Positions 13,331 through 27,094 of a stretch of DNA of 64,000 nt are shown piece after piece. This DNA comes from Octopus sinensis (taxonomy: Eukaryota): positions 10,354,001 to 10,418,000 of the forward strand of contig NC_043013.1 in the NCBI RefSeq assembly GCF_006345805.1, read 5' to 3'. Within the stretch, counting starts at the first letter, position 1. Every line of letters starts with the position of its first letter. The translations under genes were made by a program, and so were the position numbers. The notes beneath the pieces are model-generated. The model was not told where the DNA came from. It worked only from the letters and a program-made list of their open reading frames with translations, and searched no databases.

Positions 13331-13569
13331 TATATTATAAGAAAATGGAGAAGATAAACAATCGACACACGTCAGCCAGTAAACAGCAAACATTGAATTA
13401 TATCTATTTATTAATTGATTTCAAACATATGTGTGATTCAAGTAAACGAATGTAATAAGCCAATAAATACTTAAATAAATATATATATAGAGAGAGAGAG
13501 AGGGGGGAGAGGAGAGAGAGAGAGATAAAAATAAATGAATAATAATAGATGAATGTACAAATACTAAAC

Positions 13570-14110
13570 TCTTACAATCGTTTCTACCATGAGGCTGCCA
13601 AATCTTTCAAGTTATCCTCATCACGTCAGTGATATACAGGGAGGAACATACATTGGACTGGAGAACCACCAGAAATGTTCAGTGGAAATGCTGAGTTTAC
13701 ACTGGATCTATTTCCACCTCTACCACAATTATTACAAGAACTGTACACTGGGGCGAGTCAGTTCAGGAAACACTTTATGTCAAGACTCAGGGAGTACAAC
13801 TCATTGTTTGTCATGACCAGCTCTGGTCACAAAGACGCATGTCCAAGGCTGGAATCAAAGGTCAAATTTACCATCAACTTCGGTAAATAAACGCGCCAAG
13901 GGAGAACATGCCCGACGTTTTAATGCACCAACAGGGGCTGAAGTTGCAATTCTTATGTCAAAGGAGCCTACAGAAAATAGAGATATTGTTCTTCAGTTGA
14001 AACAAGGTGTATTGAGAATTTCAGAGTTACATCGATCCTCTGATCCTTTGATGTATCAATTGTTTTTTCATATGGAACAGACGGCTACAGCATGTATTTG
14101 CAAGGGAGTA
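13570..14110 (+). mobile_element. Helitron Rep/Helicase fragment (pseudogene)
   Basis: Translations LPQLLQELY..FRKHFMSRLREYNSLFVMTSSG and ARRFNAPTGAEVAILM..NRDIVL..LRISELHRSSDPLMYQL match RepHel motifs (IR.YNS.FAMTS.G; YNAPT..EVA; RISELH..YDPL.YPL). Confidence 0.85.
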
Positions 14111-14244
14111 ATTACCTCCAAGGAACAGTGATATATCACGATTGGAGGATTATCCGACTCACCAATTATGATACTTAATCCCGAGCCACGCAGGGTACGC
14201 CTGCTACAAGTACTGCTTATGTATCAAGGACTGTTTCACTGTAA

Positions 14245-14570
14245 ATATATATATTTGCGAAGGCTAGGCAGGCATCTCAACTAGCAGGACTCGCTACCCT
14301 GGACTAATGACGGGAAAGAACCCAGAAACATGCATGTCTTCAGGTGTGAATCCTAGCTGGTGGGGGTGTTGCCTCCCCTTCGCAAATATAAGGACACAGG
14401 AAATGTGTCAAAGCCGACAGGAAACGTCGATGCTTCCTAGGGCTAAAAAGCGGTGATGTAATTCCCATACGGGACTGTCACGTTATGTTGACAGTATACA
14501 ACTACTCTGTCGCTCCACCACCGCTCATGTCTCTTTGAGACATTTAGAGATTCAAAATTTCTAATATATA
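14245..14570. mobile_element. Partial copy of the long-inverted-repeat (foldback/MITE-like) family also at 32147-32495
   Basis: 14360-14570 is homologous to the right arm and tail of the 32-kb palindrome. atatttgcgaagg (14251-14263) is the reverse complement of 14377-14389. Confidence 0.7.
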
Positions 14571-14587
14571 TATAGAATGTATGTTTC

Positions 14588-14712
14588 TGTTTACTAAATC
14601 CACTCACAAGGCTTTGGTCGGCCGAGGTTATAATAGAAAAGTTGCCACGTAGTGTGACTGAACCGAGAGCCATGTGGTTGTGAACCACCCTTCTTACCAC
14701 ACAGCCACGCCT
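14588..14712 (-). mobile_element. SINE family A head fragment
   Basis: Homology to the family A 5' region. Confidence 0.75.
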
Positions 14713-14715
14713 AAA

Positions 14716-14761
<46 letters not shown>

Positions 14762-15289
14762 ACAGTCCTTGATATATAAGCAGTCCTTGATTTTTGATTT
14801 AACGAGTCGGGTTGATATGTGACGTCCCTATGGAATAAAGGGTTTGTGTGAAGTAACGGTCAGTTAGGCATGTAATATAAACATTATGTCAAATGTGACA
14901 GCTACTGCAATAAAATGGTTTAAATGAATTTTCCTCCTGGTTACAAAATTTCACATTCCACCTTTGATATCCCTCTAGGTTTCAAACATACATCCGGACT
15001 TGTTACTTTTAGTTTTCATTTTTTCCTTTTTCATCAACGATAGGTCTCCCACTATTTCTTCTCTCTCCCTCTCTCTTTCTCTCTCTTACTTTCCCTCTCT
15101 CCTTTTTTCTGTATACATTCATATGTATATGCGCATGTGTGCTTGAATGAATGTGTAAAATTAGCGGAAATATACGGCATGACCATAAATTTTCAATACA
15201 TTAATATTTGTATTTTTCTGTTCTTCCGCTGATTGATTATGAAATTTTCTAAAGAAATAAATGGATCCAAACTTTCCGAGCACCCTGAA

Positions 15290-15312
15290 TATCTATCTAT
15301 CTATCTATCTAC

Positions 15313-15378
<66 letters not shown>

Positions 15379-15447
15379 GTCTGTCTGTCTATCTATCTAT
15401 CTGTCTATCTATATATCTATCTATCTATCTATCTATCTATCTACCAT
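15290..15447. repeat. (ATCT)n microsatellite
   Basis: Direct inspection; similar tracts at about 21970-22232 and 51600-51700. Confidence 0.95.
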
Positions 15448-15468
15448 CTAAGTATCTGTTTGTTTGTC

Positions 15469-15530
<62 letters not shown>

Positions 15531-15778
15531 ACGGCGACATCAAAAATACATTTTAAAATCCACAAAGATCAGAACTTTTCTGCAGGTCTTGGTGATCCAA
15601 ATCGGATTTACAATTTATGTGGGTGTCGTTTCAGAACAATGTCTAGTTTAAAAAGTCACATCAGATGCCATGATGTTGCCTTAGCACCATCATGGCATCT
15701 GCTGTGTAGGTACAGGAGGGGGTCAAACTCTGCATAAGGAGTAGAACAACAACACCATAAGTATACACCAACACACAC

Positions 15779-15820
<42 letters not shown>

Positions 15821-15852
15821 TACAAACATACATACATATCTATATATATACA

Positions 15853-15893
<41 letters not shown>

Positions 15894-16060
15894 ATATATA
15901 TATATATTATAATGAAAGAATGGAGTCGAACGACGATTAACAAAATTCCTTTATTCTCGACATATGTTTCGAAGACTGCATATCCGTGTTTTCTGACGTG
16001 AATTTGCTACCCGGGTATCGGTTAACCGAATTATCCATACTAGGATAATTCATTCAACTA

Positions 16061-16104
<44 letters not shown>

Positions 16105-16597
16105 TTGTGTGTGTGTATGTGTCTGTGCGTCTATGTGTGTGTGTACTTAAGGAACTTGCTTTGGAACGAAGTGGTTTTGTCTCAAGTTCCACTGCGCAAT
16201 ACGCATACATACATACATACATACATACATACATACTTACATACATACATACATACATACATCATACATATACATCTGGTGCTTTTCAAACTACCAAATC
16301 CACTGAAAAAGATTTGGCCGGTTGGTGATTATAGAGGAAAACACTTGCTCAACTTCCCATGCTGTGCGACATAAACCGAAACCTCATAATTGGGAAATAT
16401 CTACGTCATTTTAATATGCGAACGCTAAAAAGCAAGTCTTGTCACTCCAGTATGGCCCACTGACTGCAACTACAGTAAGAATAAAATCGTTAGCAAACAA
16501 AAAAAGTACAAGAAAATTCAAAACAAACATGAGTAATGTTTCCTTTCCTTGTATTACTTTGGAAATTTTTATTTTTCTTGCTCGGAGTTTCCGTCTT

Positions 16598-16810
16598 TCG
16601 ACTACGTTGACAGAATCGCTAGTACGCCGGGCGAAATTCTTAGAAGTATTTCGTCCATCTTCAGGTTTTGAGTTCAAATTTCACCGGGGTCAACTTTGCG
16701 TTTCATCCTTTCGAGGTCGGTAAAATAGGTCCCAGTTAAGCATTGGGTTCGATGTAATCGACTATACCCCTTCCCTCACAATTTCAGGCCTTACACCTAA
16801 AGTAGAAAGG

Positions 16811-16830
<20 letters not shown>
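16598..16830 (+). mobile_element. SINE family B, diverged
   Basis: gacagaatcgctagtacgccgggcgaaat..gagttcaaatttcaccggggtcaactttg..gttcgatgtaatcgact. Confidence 0.8.
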
Positions 16831-16848
<18 letters not shown>

Positions 16849-17889
16849 TTTCTTCTTCTTCTTCTTCTTCTTCTTCTTCTTCTTCTTCTTCTTCTTCTTC
16901 TTCTTCTTGTCGTCCTCCTCCTCCCCATTCTTTTCCTCCTTACTCTGTTATACGTGACCCCACCATGGGTCATTTGTCCAAGACTTTCAAGCAATAAACC
17001 TGCCAAAACCGGATGCAATGTCAGAAATAGCTATCAAGCCAAGCATGTTTTTTCTATATACATGTGATATACATTGGGTTGTTGTTTATTGTCGTCGTCG
17101 TCGTCGTCGTCATCGTCATAGTTATCTTTGCTGTTGTTGTGTTGGTGTTGTTTTTGCTGCTGCAGTCGTTGTTGCTGCTGTCGTTGTTGCTGCTGTTGTT
17201 GTTGTTGTTGACATTGTTGTTGCTTCTGAGCGAGGAAATTTGAGTTCATGAAACAATATACAAATAGTTTCAATTATTTCTAACTGAGATCCTAAACAAA
17301 TGCTGTTGACGGAAACTAAAATACAATGTACTCTGCACTCTAGCGATTCTGCATTGTCTCCAGACATTGTCCCTAGTATCTGATTTTTTGTGGGTCGTGG
17401 TTACAATTACGAGTATGTTTGTAGTATGACCGAGTTGTGTGATCTTTATTCGTTCGCAATTACTTGGTATATTGCCCTTATGTGATTGCCGTTGACAATA
17501 TTCTGCACTGCTGCTATGATGGGTTTTATTGCTTTTAAAATGCCCTTAACATTAACCCTATACTCCTGCAATATAATGCCTACGAAGAATCTATCCTCTA
17601 CTTGGTAGCTCGCTATATAATATGTGGCGGAAAAATCTGCAAATCACAGCTGACCGTCATTAAAAAAATTGAAGGGCAAAAAGACAGGATGTCACAGGTG
17701 AAATGCTACTCATTATATGTCTTATTAATTAGTGACTGATGCAAAACAAAGAAAATACTTCAAAGTAGCTTTCGGTTATCTGAACATATCTTCCTTAATT
17801 ATATTTTCGTTTGATTTTCATATTGAAATTCAACAAAATCTTTTGTCTAATAATTTATTGTGTATTCAACTCCTTGTATTTCATATTTG

Positions 17890-18265
17890 CGACTCTACGT
17901 TACAAGGAGGGACATGAAGGCCTGAAGCATCAATATTAGCGGTTGGGAGGCAGTTGCCGGCAACCGTGGAGACTGGCGACGTACCGTAAGAGAGGGAATA
18001 CAAAGGAGTGACAGAGAGAGAGAGGAGAAATGGTAGGACAGGAAAAGACGTCAGCAAGAAACTATGGCATTACAACCAGCCAGGAACAGTCTTCGCTACA
18101 TTTGCGGTACCTGCCAGAGGGAGTGTTTGTCCAGGATAGGACTACACAGCCACAGCAGGAAATGTATCAGGACATGAAATGTAAAAGCCGGACTAGACTA
18201 CTTTATGCTCAACTCCATTGTCTCCCGAGACAAAAAGGATGCCAGCAACAACAGTGTGTAAGAAA
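17890..18265 (+). mobile_element. RTE/BovB-type LINE 3' end
   Basis: Translation includes WEAVAGNRGDWRRTVREG and the C-terminal zinc finger YICGTCQRECLSRIGLHSHSRKC, followed by ctccattgtctcccgagac and a CAA-type tail. Confidence 0.85.
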
Positions 18266-19214
18266 TATATGGAAGAAAGTAAGTCCTCTAACAACTTTTC
18301 AAGATGAAATGTTACTAAGAGGATAACGAATTGTTTGTAAAATTGTTAAAGGACTTAATAAATCAACAGAGGATTCTTTACGCATTCTATAGACTTGGTA
18401 CAAAGAACTCATAAAATCCTTCATATCGTATCCGGCTGTCTTACTAAATAGAAGGATGCATTTGATAAATTGGTCTAAATGCACAGTCTGAGCAAAAAGG
18501 ACAAAAGCATATAGCACGATTGCGGCTGGAATACGTTTGATCAAAGGTTTTCGAATCAGGGTTGAATTAAGTTTTAAAACAAAAAGGAGAAAGAATTAAA
18601 ATAAACATATTGGGGATAAGAAAGCGACGAAAGTCGAAGATGGTTCTAGAGTTGGGTCCTAGATGTATGCTAACCCAAAACGAATTGAGAGTAAAATATA
18701 TAAGGCGTCAAACATAGTGTTCTGATAGTTCCTTCAATTTACATACTTTGTTGTTACGTTTCTATCAATCACAGAGGGGCGAAATTCAAAGTTGACCGAT
18801 GTGGATTTTGAAAACAGAGCACACAGCCTTAGTCAGCATAAATACCACGAGGCAAGTCTGAAAATCTTGCCAAGTGATGTGTATGTGTAAATAGTAATGA
18901 GACGGAGGAAATGCAAAAGGGAAGTTTGGTTGAAATTTTTATGTATATTCATGTGAAGTTTGATGTATGGCGGAGCAAAGAGGTTGACATTTTCTGTTTC
19001 TATGGTCCGCGTTGTCGGTATAATCATTTTACAAAAAAAAAAAAAAGCTCTGGAAAACACATAATAAATTAACTAATGGGAAGGCTTGCTGCCTATACAA
19101 TTTACAAAGGTCTCGTTTGCTTTATGGCTTTACAGATGGTAACAAGGCAGGAGTTATGATATTGGTTTAAAGCCGACTAGTTAGTGAATGTCGGTAAAAT
19201 ATTGCTGACAAGTT

Positions 19215-19412
19215 TTGACACTAGACCAGCAATTTTGGGGAGGACAAGTCGATTACATCGATCCCAGTGCTCAATTGGTACTCATTTATCGATCCCAAAA
19301 GATAGAAAGCAAATGCAACCTCGGCGGTATTTGAACTCTGACATTAAATACGGACGAAATACCGCTAAATATTTTGCACGGTGTGTTAACGATTATGCCT
19401 ACTCCTCGCCTT
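19215..19412 (-). mobile_element. SINE family B, diverged
   Basis: Family B body in reverse orientation. Confidence 0.75.
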
Positions 19413-19734
19413 ATATTAGCAGACGTTGTAATTCATGACCTTAACTTCTACTGATGCAACGCATTAGCATGGAAGTAATATAGTTAACTTAGAGGTAATG
19501 GTTTTGACTACGTAAGGGAGAAGCGATAACTTGTACGAGTAAAAGACACACTACATAAGAAGGTCGGTTTAAATGTTTCTAAGCTGACCAAGATACACAC
19601 ATGGAATGTGACCAAATGCGGTCCATAGAGTTCTCTCACGGGCGTTCCGGTTCTTGGAGCCCATTGGGGAAAAAAATTGCCAATATGACGTAATCATCAC
19701 TGAGATGTTGTTTTCCAGCCAAATGCTATTTCAT

Positions 19735-19928
19735 GGAGTGGCTGCGTGGTAAGTAGCTTGCTTAACAACCACATGGTTCCGGGATCGATCCCACTGCGGG
19801 GCACCTTGGGCAAGTGTCTTCTACTATAGCCTCGGGCCGACCAAAGGCTTGTGAGTGGATTTGGTAGGCGGAAACTGAAAAAACCCCGTCGTATATATGT
19901 ATATATGGTATATATGTGTGTGCATATA

Positions 19929-19976
<48 letters not shown>

Positions 19977-20174
19977 ATGTATGTATGTATGTATGTGTAT
20001 GTGTTTGTGTGTCTGTGTTTGTCCGATGCTGGTGTGTTTGAAACCTAAAGAGACCGATATAATAAGTACTAGGCTTACAAACAATAAGCCGTGGGGTCGA
20101 TTTTCTAAACTAAAGGCAGTGCTCCAGCATGTCCACAGTCAAATGACTGAAACAAGTAAAATAGTAAAAGAGTA
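19735..20174 (+). mobile_element. SINE family A, near full length
   Basis: ggagtggctgcgtggtaag..ggatcgatcccactgcggggcaccttgggcaag..microsatellite..gaaacaagtaaaatagtaaaagag. Confidence 0.9.
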
Positions 20175-20299
20175 GATGATAGTCGGGGATGCCAAATCAG
20201 GAGATAAGGGTGGGTAATAAACCAGTTAAAACACAATTAACTACAAAAATTGTCCTATAAAATTTGTAGGGATGTGACAATATCGTAATATAAAACAGC

Positions 20300-20440
20300 A
20301 AGTGTGGTGCAATCGCTAGAACGCCGGACAAAATGCTTAGTGGTATTTCGTCTGTAAGATCTGTGTACAAATTCAGCCAACGACGACTTTGCCTTTCATC
20401 CTTGCCAGGTCGATAAAATAAATACCATTTGGGTAATTGT
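20300..20440 (+). mobile_element. SINE family B fragment
   Basis: ggtgcaatcgctagaacgccggacaaaatgcttagtggtatttcg..gactttgcctttcatcc. Confidence 0.7.
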
Positions 20441-20982
20441 ATCTGACCTGACGTTGCTGGCCTTGTACGACAATTTGATGCCAAAATGATCGTAACATTA
20501 CTGAATTTCAATCATATTAAAAAAAAATAGCTGAATTTAATTACACGTGCACACACGCATAGGCAGGCACGTGCACGCAACCCCTCCCCTCCCCCACAAG
20601 CATACACAAGCATATATCTATGTATATGTATGTATATATATAAATATATCTATGTATATGTATATATATATATAAATATGTATATATATATATACATGCA
20701 TACATATCGCGCATATAGATGTAGATATATAAGTGAAATGTTAAGTATACCAACAAATGTTTTATGAGATTTAAAAACAATTAACCCAACAGGCAGGTGC
20801 AACATCCCCAAAGTATATGTGAGGATGAATGTATGCACACAATATATATACATATTTATATATGTGTATATATATATATGCATATATATGTATATATATT
20901 ATATATATATTATATATATATGTAACATGAATAAATAATATATATATATATAATATATATATGTATATATATATATGCATAT

Positions 20983-21026
<44 letters not shown>

Positions 21027-21115
21027 GTATATTATATATATGTAACATGAATAAATAATATATATATATGTGGGTGTGTGTGTAACATGCATAAATAATT
21101 TCTCTTCTTTTTTTT

Positions 21116-21156
<41 letters not shown>

Positions 21157-21469
21157 GAGTCTGTGTGTATGCGTGAGCTTTTGTGTGTATATGTAGATAT
21201 GTTGTGTGCGTCTACTTGGTAACTGTTTGATAGCGTGTTTATTTATTAACGATGTAATCCAGTTTAATATTCGTAACTAATAAACAGAAAAATAAAACAC
21301 TAAATCGTGTGTTCTCACCTTATTCTTCCGCAATTTATGCGTGATTGGTACATAAGCATATGTCTATGTATGCAGGTGTGAATGTATATAGGTGTGTATG
21401 TATGTATGTATGTATGTATGTATGTATGTATGTATGTATGCATACAAGCATGTATGTAAGTATATATAT

Positions 21470-21547
<78 letters not shown>

Positions 21548-21701
21548 AGGAATAATTGTATATGAATGAATGTGGGTGTGGGGCGCTTCTATATGAGATT
21601 TTGTTCTGTGTTTATGTGCTTCCCTATGTTTTTAAATATTTAGATCTATATTTCTACTTGGAAATATAAATATCGGTAAATATTATCATACGGATTTGCA
21701 C

Positions 21702-21756
<55 letters not shown>

Positions 21757-21969
21757 ATATTGCCGTATTATGTATACAGAAATACGCCGGCGGAGTCATA
21801 TGCACGCACAAGTAAAGTGCAATGTACAAATAATATATATAACGTATCAAATATATATAATACGTATGTTTACTTATGTGTGTACGTATGTGTATACATA
21901 GATTCATAAATGCATATATGCATATCTGTATATTTGTGTGTTTGCGTCAGTGCTTATATTTCTATAAGG

Positions 21970-22058
<89 letters not shown>

Positions 22059-22059
22059 G

Positions 22060-22134
<75 letters not shown>

Positions 22135-22157
22135 GTCTATCTATCTATCTATCTATC

Positions 22158-22221
<64 letters not shown>

Positions 22222-22300
22222 GTCTATCTATCTACCTTTCTATGTATACCACTGTCTCTGATTGCCTGCTTGTCTGTCTGTGTCTCTGTTTCTTTTTATG

Positions 22301-22335
<35 letters not shown>

Positions 22336-22429
22336 ATGTGTGTGTGTGTGTGTGTGTATACATAGGCAAGTATATGTAAATATATACATGTATATAATTA
22401 TGTATATTATATTTACCGAAAGCAAAAGA

Positions 22430-22570
22430 CAACGACAGATGTAGGGACAACAAGCACGTGTATTAATTTAACTCTCGGGAAGAATGGAGATGTCTTTTAC
22501 ATTTCGAGCCTACGCTCTTCGACTGAAAGGATTAAGTGGGGAAAAAAACAGAAAGAGAAAACAAACGTGT
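22430..22570 (-). mobile_element. Short PLE-type repeat carrying a hammerhead-like motif (22494-22529); homologous to 40510-40660
   Basis: Reverse complement cttt-CAGTCGA-A-GAGC-gtag-GCTC-GAAATGTA-aaag; flanks align with the 40.5-kb copy. Confidence 0.55.
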
Positions 22571-22594
22571 AGAGATTAACGGCTCAACACGCGC

Positions 22595-22628
<34 letters not shown>

Positions 22629-23304
22629 CACACACACAATTAAATACATACATAATACAAATATATATATGTATATATGTATATATGTGTGTGCAGGAGT
22701 ATGTGTTTGTATTTACATACGTGTGTGTACGTGTCTGGTATGTGTATGTGTGTTTGTGTGTGTGATATGCTTATATATGTCCGTATATATGAAATTCTGA
22801 GTATCAGTGTGTGCTTGTGCTTATCTGTGTGTGTGTGTGTATGCGTGTGTGTGTGTGCGTGTGTGTATGTTTTGTGTGTGTGTGCTCTCGCTAGTCTTTG
22901 TATTTATATATTTATTTATATAGTTATAGGCTCTGGGGCCAAATATTTCGTTGCTTACTGGATGAAATGACACTACAGCCAGGTCTTTGAATCTTGGTCT
23001 CTTGTCTGTCCAGGACTTGCTATAAATTATAATTCTTGACGTTTTTACATTTCACATGGGAATCGTATTTATAGATAAAAGATTCTTTCGTAGAACTTTG
23101 GCACGGAACTTCGAAACTTAAGCGCAATAAACGGCGGTATTTATCGCATTGAGAACATTTATATCAACCATCCTCAACTTCTTCCATTTCTTTAGTCACT
23201 TGTGGTTCATGGGGTGAGTGTTAAGTAGCTGAAACTGGAGTTGGTGGTACGGTTGTTGAAGTTCAAAATTGAATAGAGAATCTGATGACGTATATAAACT
23301 TGCA

Positions 23305-23341
<37 letters not shown>

Positions 23342-23733
23342 ATGTGTGTGTATATCCGATTCTCCATACTACGTATATTATGTATATGTAATTAGATGCA
23401 TATATATATACTTATGTACATATATCTGTGTGTGTGTGTCTAAGTGTGTGCGTGCGTGTGTTTGGTATGTGTGCGTCGTACCGGGGATATACATACAAAC
23501 ATACACGCGAAGACATACACCTGGATAACTGTGTGTATTTTGGTGTTTGTACATTTACAAGTAAAGATTTATATCTATAATAATTTCTATGTCCATCGGT
23601 CTATCTTTCTGTCTGCCCCTTGACGTGTGTGTACATATACATAAATGACTATATGTGCCTGTGTATGTATATATATATATACACAGACATATATATGTAT
23701 ATATGTGTGTGTATGTGTGTGTGTGTTTACATA

Positions 23734-24545
23734 CAGGGTGGTTGAAATGTAACTCCCTATTTTAAAATACCTACAATGTATTCATTACGTATAATTTTTA
23801 GGAAAAATGAATATATGAAAGAAATGTATAACATGGAGTTTGATTTAAAATTCGAAATAGGCACCAGCATTCACCACCAGCTTCTCAAGCCGTCCGGGGA
23901 CTGCCTCATCTAATTTTATCAGGAGCTCTTGTGAGATGGCAGACATAGCTACTCATATTCGCCCTTCAAGTTCTCCCAAAGTCTTTGATTTGGTAGAGTA
24001 TGCTCGCTCCTTTAAGCAACCCCAAAGAAAAAGATGACAGTGTGTTAAATCAGGGCTTCTGACCGGCAATTCATGCGGACCTCGACGACCCATCCTTGTC
24101 CCAAGGAATTTGGCATTTAGACATTCACGAACAACAATAGCAAAATGTGGAGGAGAGCCATCTTGCATAAAAATAATATTTTCAATATTCTCTCAATTAC
24201 ATATAACTGTCTAGATTCCATCTTGCAGCATAGTGAGGTACCTTTCAGCATTCATGGAATTGCAAAAGATGAAAGGATCCACATTCAACACCATACCATT
24301 ACCTTGGCCGTTTCTGCATTTAATACGAGGATCTTCTGCCCAATATTGGCAGTTGTGACGATTCACAAACCCACCGATGTGGAATACCGTTTCATCACTC
24401 CCGAGAATATTTTTAAAGAGATCAGACCATGTTTCTAGGGCTTCTAAATTTCAAAGGAAATAATCGATCTGCAAAAGACAACAACAACGTAGAATCTGTT
24501 TCCATACATTAAAGAACATGCCCCCAAAATTTGAGAATGCCATCT
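23734..24545 (-). mobile_element. Tc1/mariner DD41D (rosa-type) transposon relic, one TIR
   Basis: ORF QDGSPPHF..RSPDLTHCHLFLWGCLK has 41 residues between the second D and the mutated third D position. A TA|CAGGGTG terminus lies at 23734. Confidence 0.85.
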
Positions 24546-24706
24546 TGCGTGTATGTGTCTGTGGAGTACTCAGCCCCTTGCACAGTAATTTTCTCAAGCT
24601 GTCCCGTTGATCGTATCAACTGGAATCCTCGACCTCGTAACCGACGGAGTTCCACGATATATACATACATACATGCATACATATATATATATATATATAC
24701 TTAGAG

Positions 24707-24820
24707 AGAGCAATAAGAAAATGGAGGGGATCAATAGGTGGTTCATCAACTTTTAGACATTATATTATGTCAACTTATTTATGAACCACCTATTGATCCA
24801 CTCCATTTTCTTATTGTTCT
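24707..24820. repeat. Palindromic element, 40-bp arms (2 mismatches), 34-nt spacer
   Basis: agagcaataagaaaatggaggggatcaataggtggttcat / atgaaccacctattgatccactccattttcttattgttct. Confidence 0.85.
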
Positions 24821-25019
24821 TATTCTTATCAATTAATGGTAAAATATCTCTTTACCTTCACACATTTAGTACACTCGGTAATGTAATTGCAATGCAATAA
24901 AAAAAATACTTGTGTATTAATAATTAGGTGTTCTACCAGCAGTATATAGGATAGATATTATCCCTTAGTTGGTTGGATTCACAACCTTTAACTTTCTTGG
25001 AATTAATATGTGTGTGTGT

Positions 25020-25061
<42 letters not shown>

Positions 25062-25803
25062 ATCGATGGCCAAACACGCATGAGTAGAATTTTGCATATA
25101 CCTTATATTCTAACTCAAAGTGGTGTCTTTCACCCAAAATGCTCAACAAACATTTTTATAATCATGGTTTGTGTGGGGCTAGAACAGTAAGTTGATACTC
25201 TAAATAAATATACGGATAGAGATATCATTTGACAGAAGATGTGAAGAACTTGGCAAGATCCAACTAGTCCCTCACTTTCATTTATCTATCTCTCTCTCTC
25301 TTCTCACCGTCTCTCTCTCTCTCTCTGTATCTCTATCTCCCTCTGTCTCTCTCTGCCACTCTCTCTCTCTCTCTCCACATAAAAACTCAAATGTACACAT
25401 GTTGACCATTACACATTGACATCTCATGTATTTTCAAACGTCATTTCTTTTGCATTATTTATCATATTTCTTCTGTTTCACAAAGTAAGCTTTATTCCCG
25501 ATGGCAAAATTCAAACCCATCTTTCACCTCCGTTAAAGGAAGCAGATGGAAAAAATTTACAGTACAACACAGACACTATGGTCATAATTTCCATAGGGCA
25601 TAATATTTTATATAAAAGAGAATTTTAGTACCCAAAACTGATAAATATGATGAATATATCAGTCTATACCAGTTACTGATTTCTTTCCACTTTGTTCATT
25701 TTTATTTTGCTAAAACCTCGGGCCCATCAAAGCCTTGTGTATAGATTTGGTAGAGGAAACTGAGAGAAGCCTCTTGGTACTTGCACCTAAACGAATCGAT
25801 CAA

Positions 25804-25893
<90 letters not shown>

Positions 25894-25974
25894 GAAATAG
25901 ATAAAACATATGCATATATACGTACATATATGTACGTACCTACCTATACATGTGTATATACATGCATATATGGT

Positions 25975-26215
25975 TACAGGACACCAAAAAAACGTCGAAC
26001 ACAATGAGAAACGAAAACATAAACACAAAACAAAGGAAATGGACATTTTTCTTAAACAACGAAAAAATAGAGTACAGGACATACAAAACAAGGAAAATTC
26101 CCCTTATTCAGTCGCCTTTGTTTCATCTACTCCACGTTTCGAAGGTCAAGGCCATACATGACTTTAATGAAACAATCCATCCCGCGAAAATAAAATTAAA
26201 TAAAATTTGAGATTT
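25975..26215. repeat. Interspersed repeat, second partial copy at about 31475-31590
   Basis: Shared gaacacaatgagaaacgaaaacataaa..aaggaa(a/t)attcccc. Confidence 0.7.
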
Positions 26216-26335
26216 TTTTGCGGAGGGGTAAAAATGGTAACAAAAACAGGACAGTAACGACAGTACAAAATATAAACAGTAAAAGACAGGACAAGGAGAA
26301 TAACAGTAACACAAACAAGAAATACATATATATAT

Positions 26336-26395
<60 letters not shown>

Positions 26396-26477
26396 GAAAG
26401 AGAGAGATACAGATATATACGTGGTTGTGTCATTATTTCTGTGTTTACCCTTCCCACCACTTGATAAAAAATATTAA

Positions 26478-27085
26478 AGTGCTTACGTCCCCGTAGCTAA
26501 CGGGTTCGGCAAAATAGACAGACAGAAAAAGGAAAAAGACATACAATAATAAGGCGGTGCTCCAGCATGGCCACAGTCAAATGACTGAAACAAGTAAAAG
26601 GGTAATACTGGGGTAGATTTGTTCGACTAAAATTCTTGATGGTAGTTCCTCAGCATGGCTGCAGTCTAATGAATGAAACGAGTAAAAGATAACAGACATG
26701 TGTATGTGTGAGTGTGTGTGTGTGTGTGTGTGTTTCATAATCATGCATCTTCTATTTTTTTTAATCTTGTATTTGTTTCAGCCATTCCAGTTCCGCCATG
26801 CCGGAGCACCGCACTGAGTAATTGTAGTGGAATCAATTGAACATGGTATTTATTCGATCGGCCATTTTTGCCAAAACGCTAAGGCAGGAAGCCGTAAACA
26901 CGCTAGCATCTATTGTCAAATGATGGAGGACAAACACGGACACAAAGAAAACCACACACACACACACAAATATGACAGGCTTCTTTCAGATTCCGTCTAC
27001 AAAATCCACTCTCTAGTTTTAGGTCGGAACGAGGCTCTAGTACAAAACTCTCACCCAAGTTGCCACGCAGTGGGATTGAAACCTC
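26478..27085. mobile_element. Cluster of SINE family A fragments (two + tails, one - copy at 26765-27085)
   Basis: Family A tail motif ccagcatggc..gaaacaagtaaaag occurs twice on +; a diverged copy lies on -. Confidence 0.75.
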
Positions 27086-27094
27086 TGATTTGTT

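Noticed and set aside
15940-16050. GAAACATATGTC on the minus strand plus two adjacent small hairpins
   Set aside because: It resembles the 3' half of a PLE hammerhead, but there is no upstream CUGANGA or matching stem I.
26115-26180. Minus-strand gtca..tgac-cttc-GAAACGT resembling a ribozyme
   Set aside because: The core is unrecognisable; only the GAAACG half is present.
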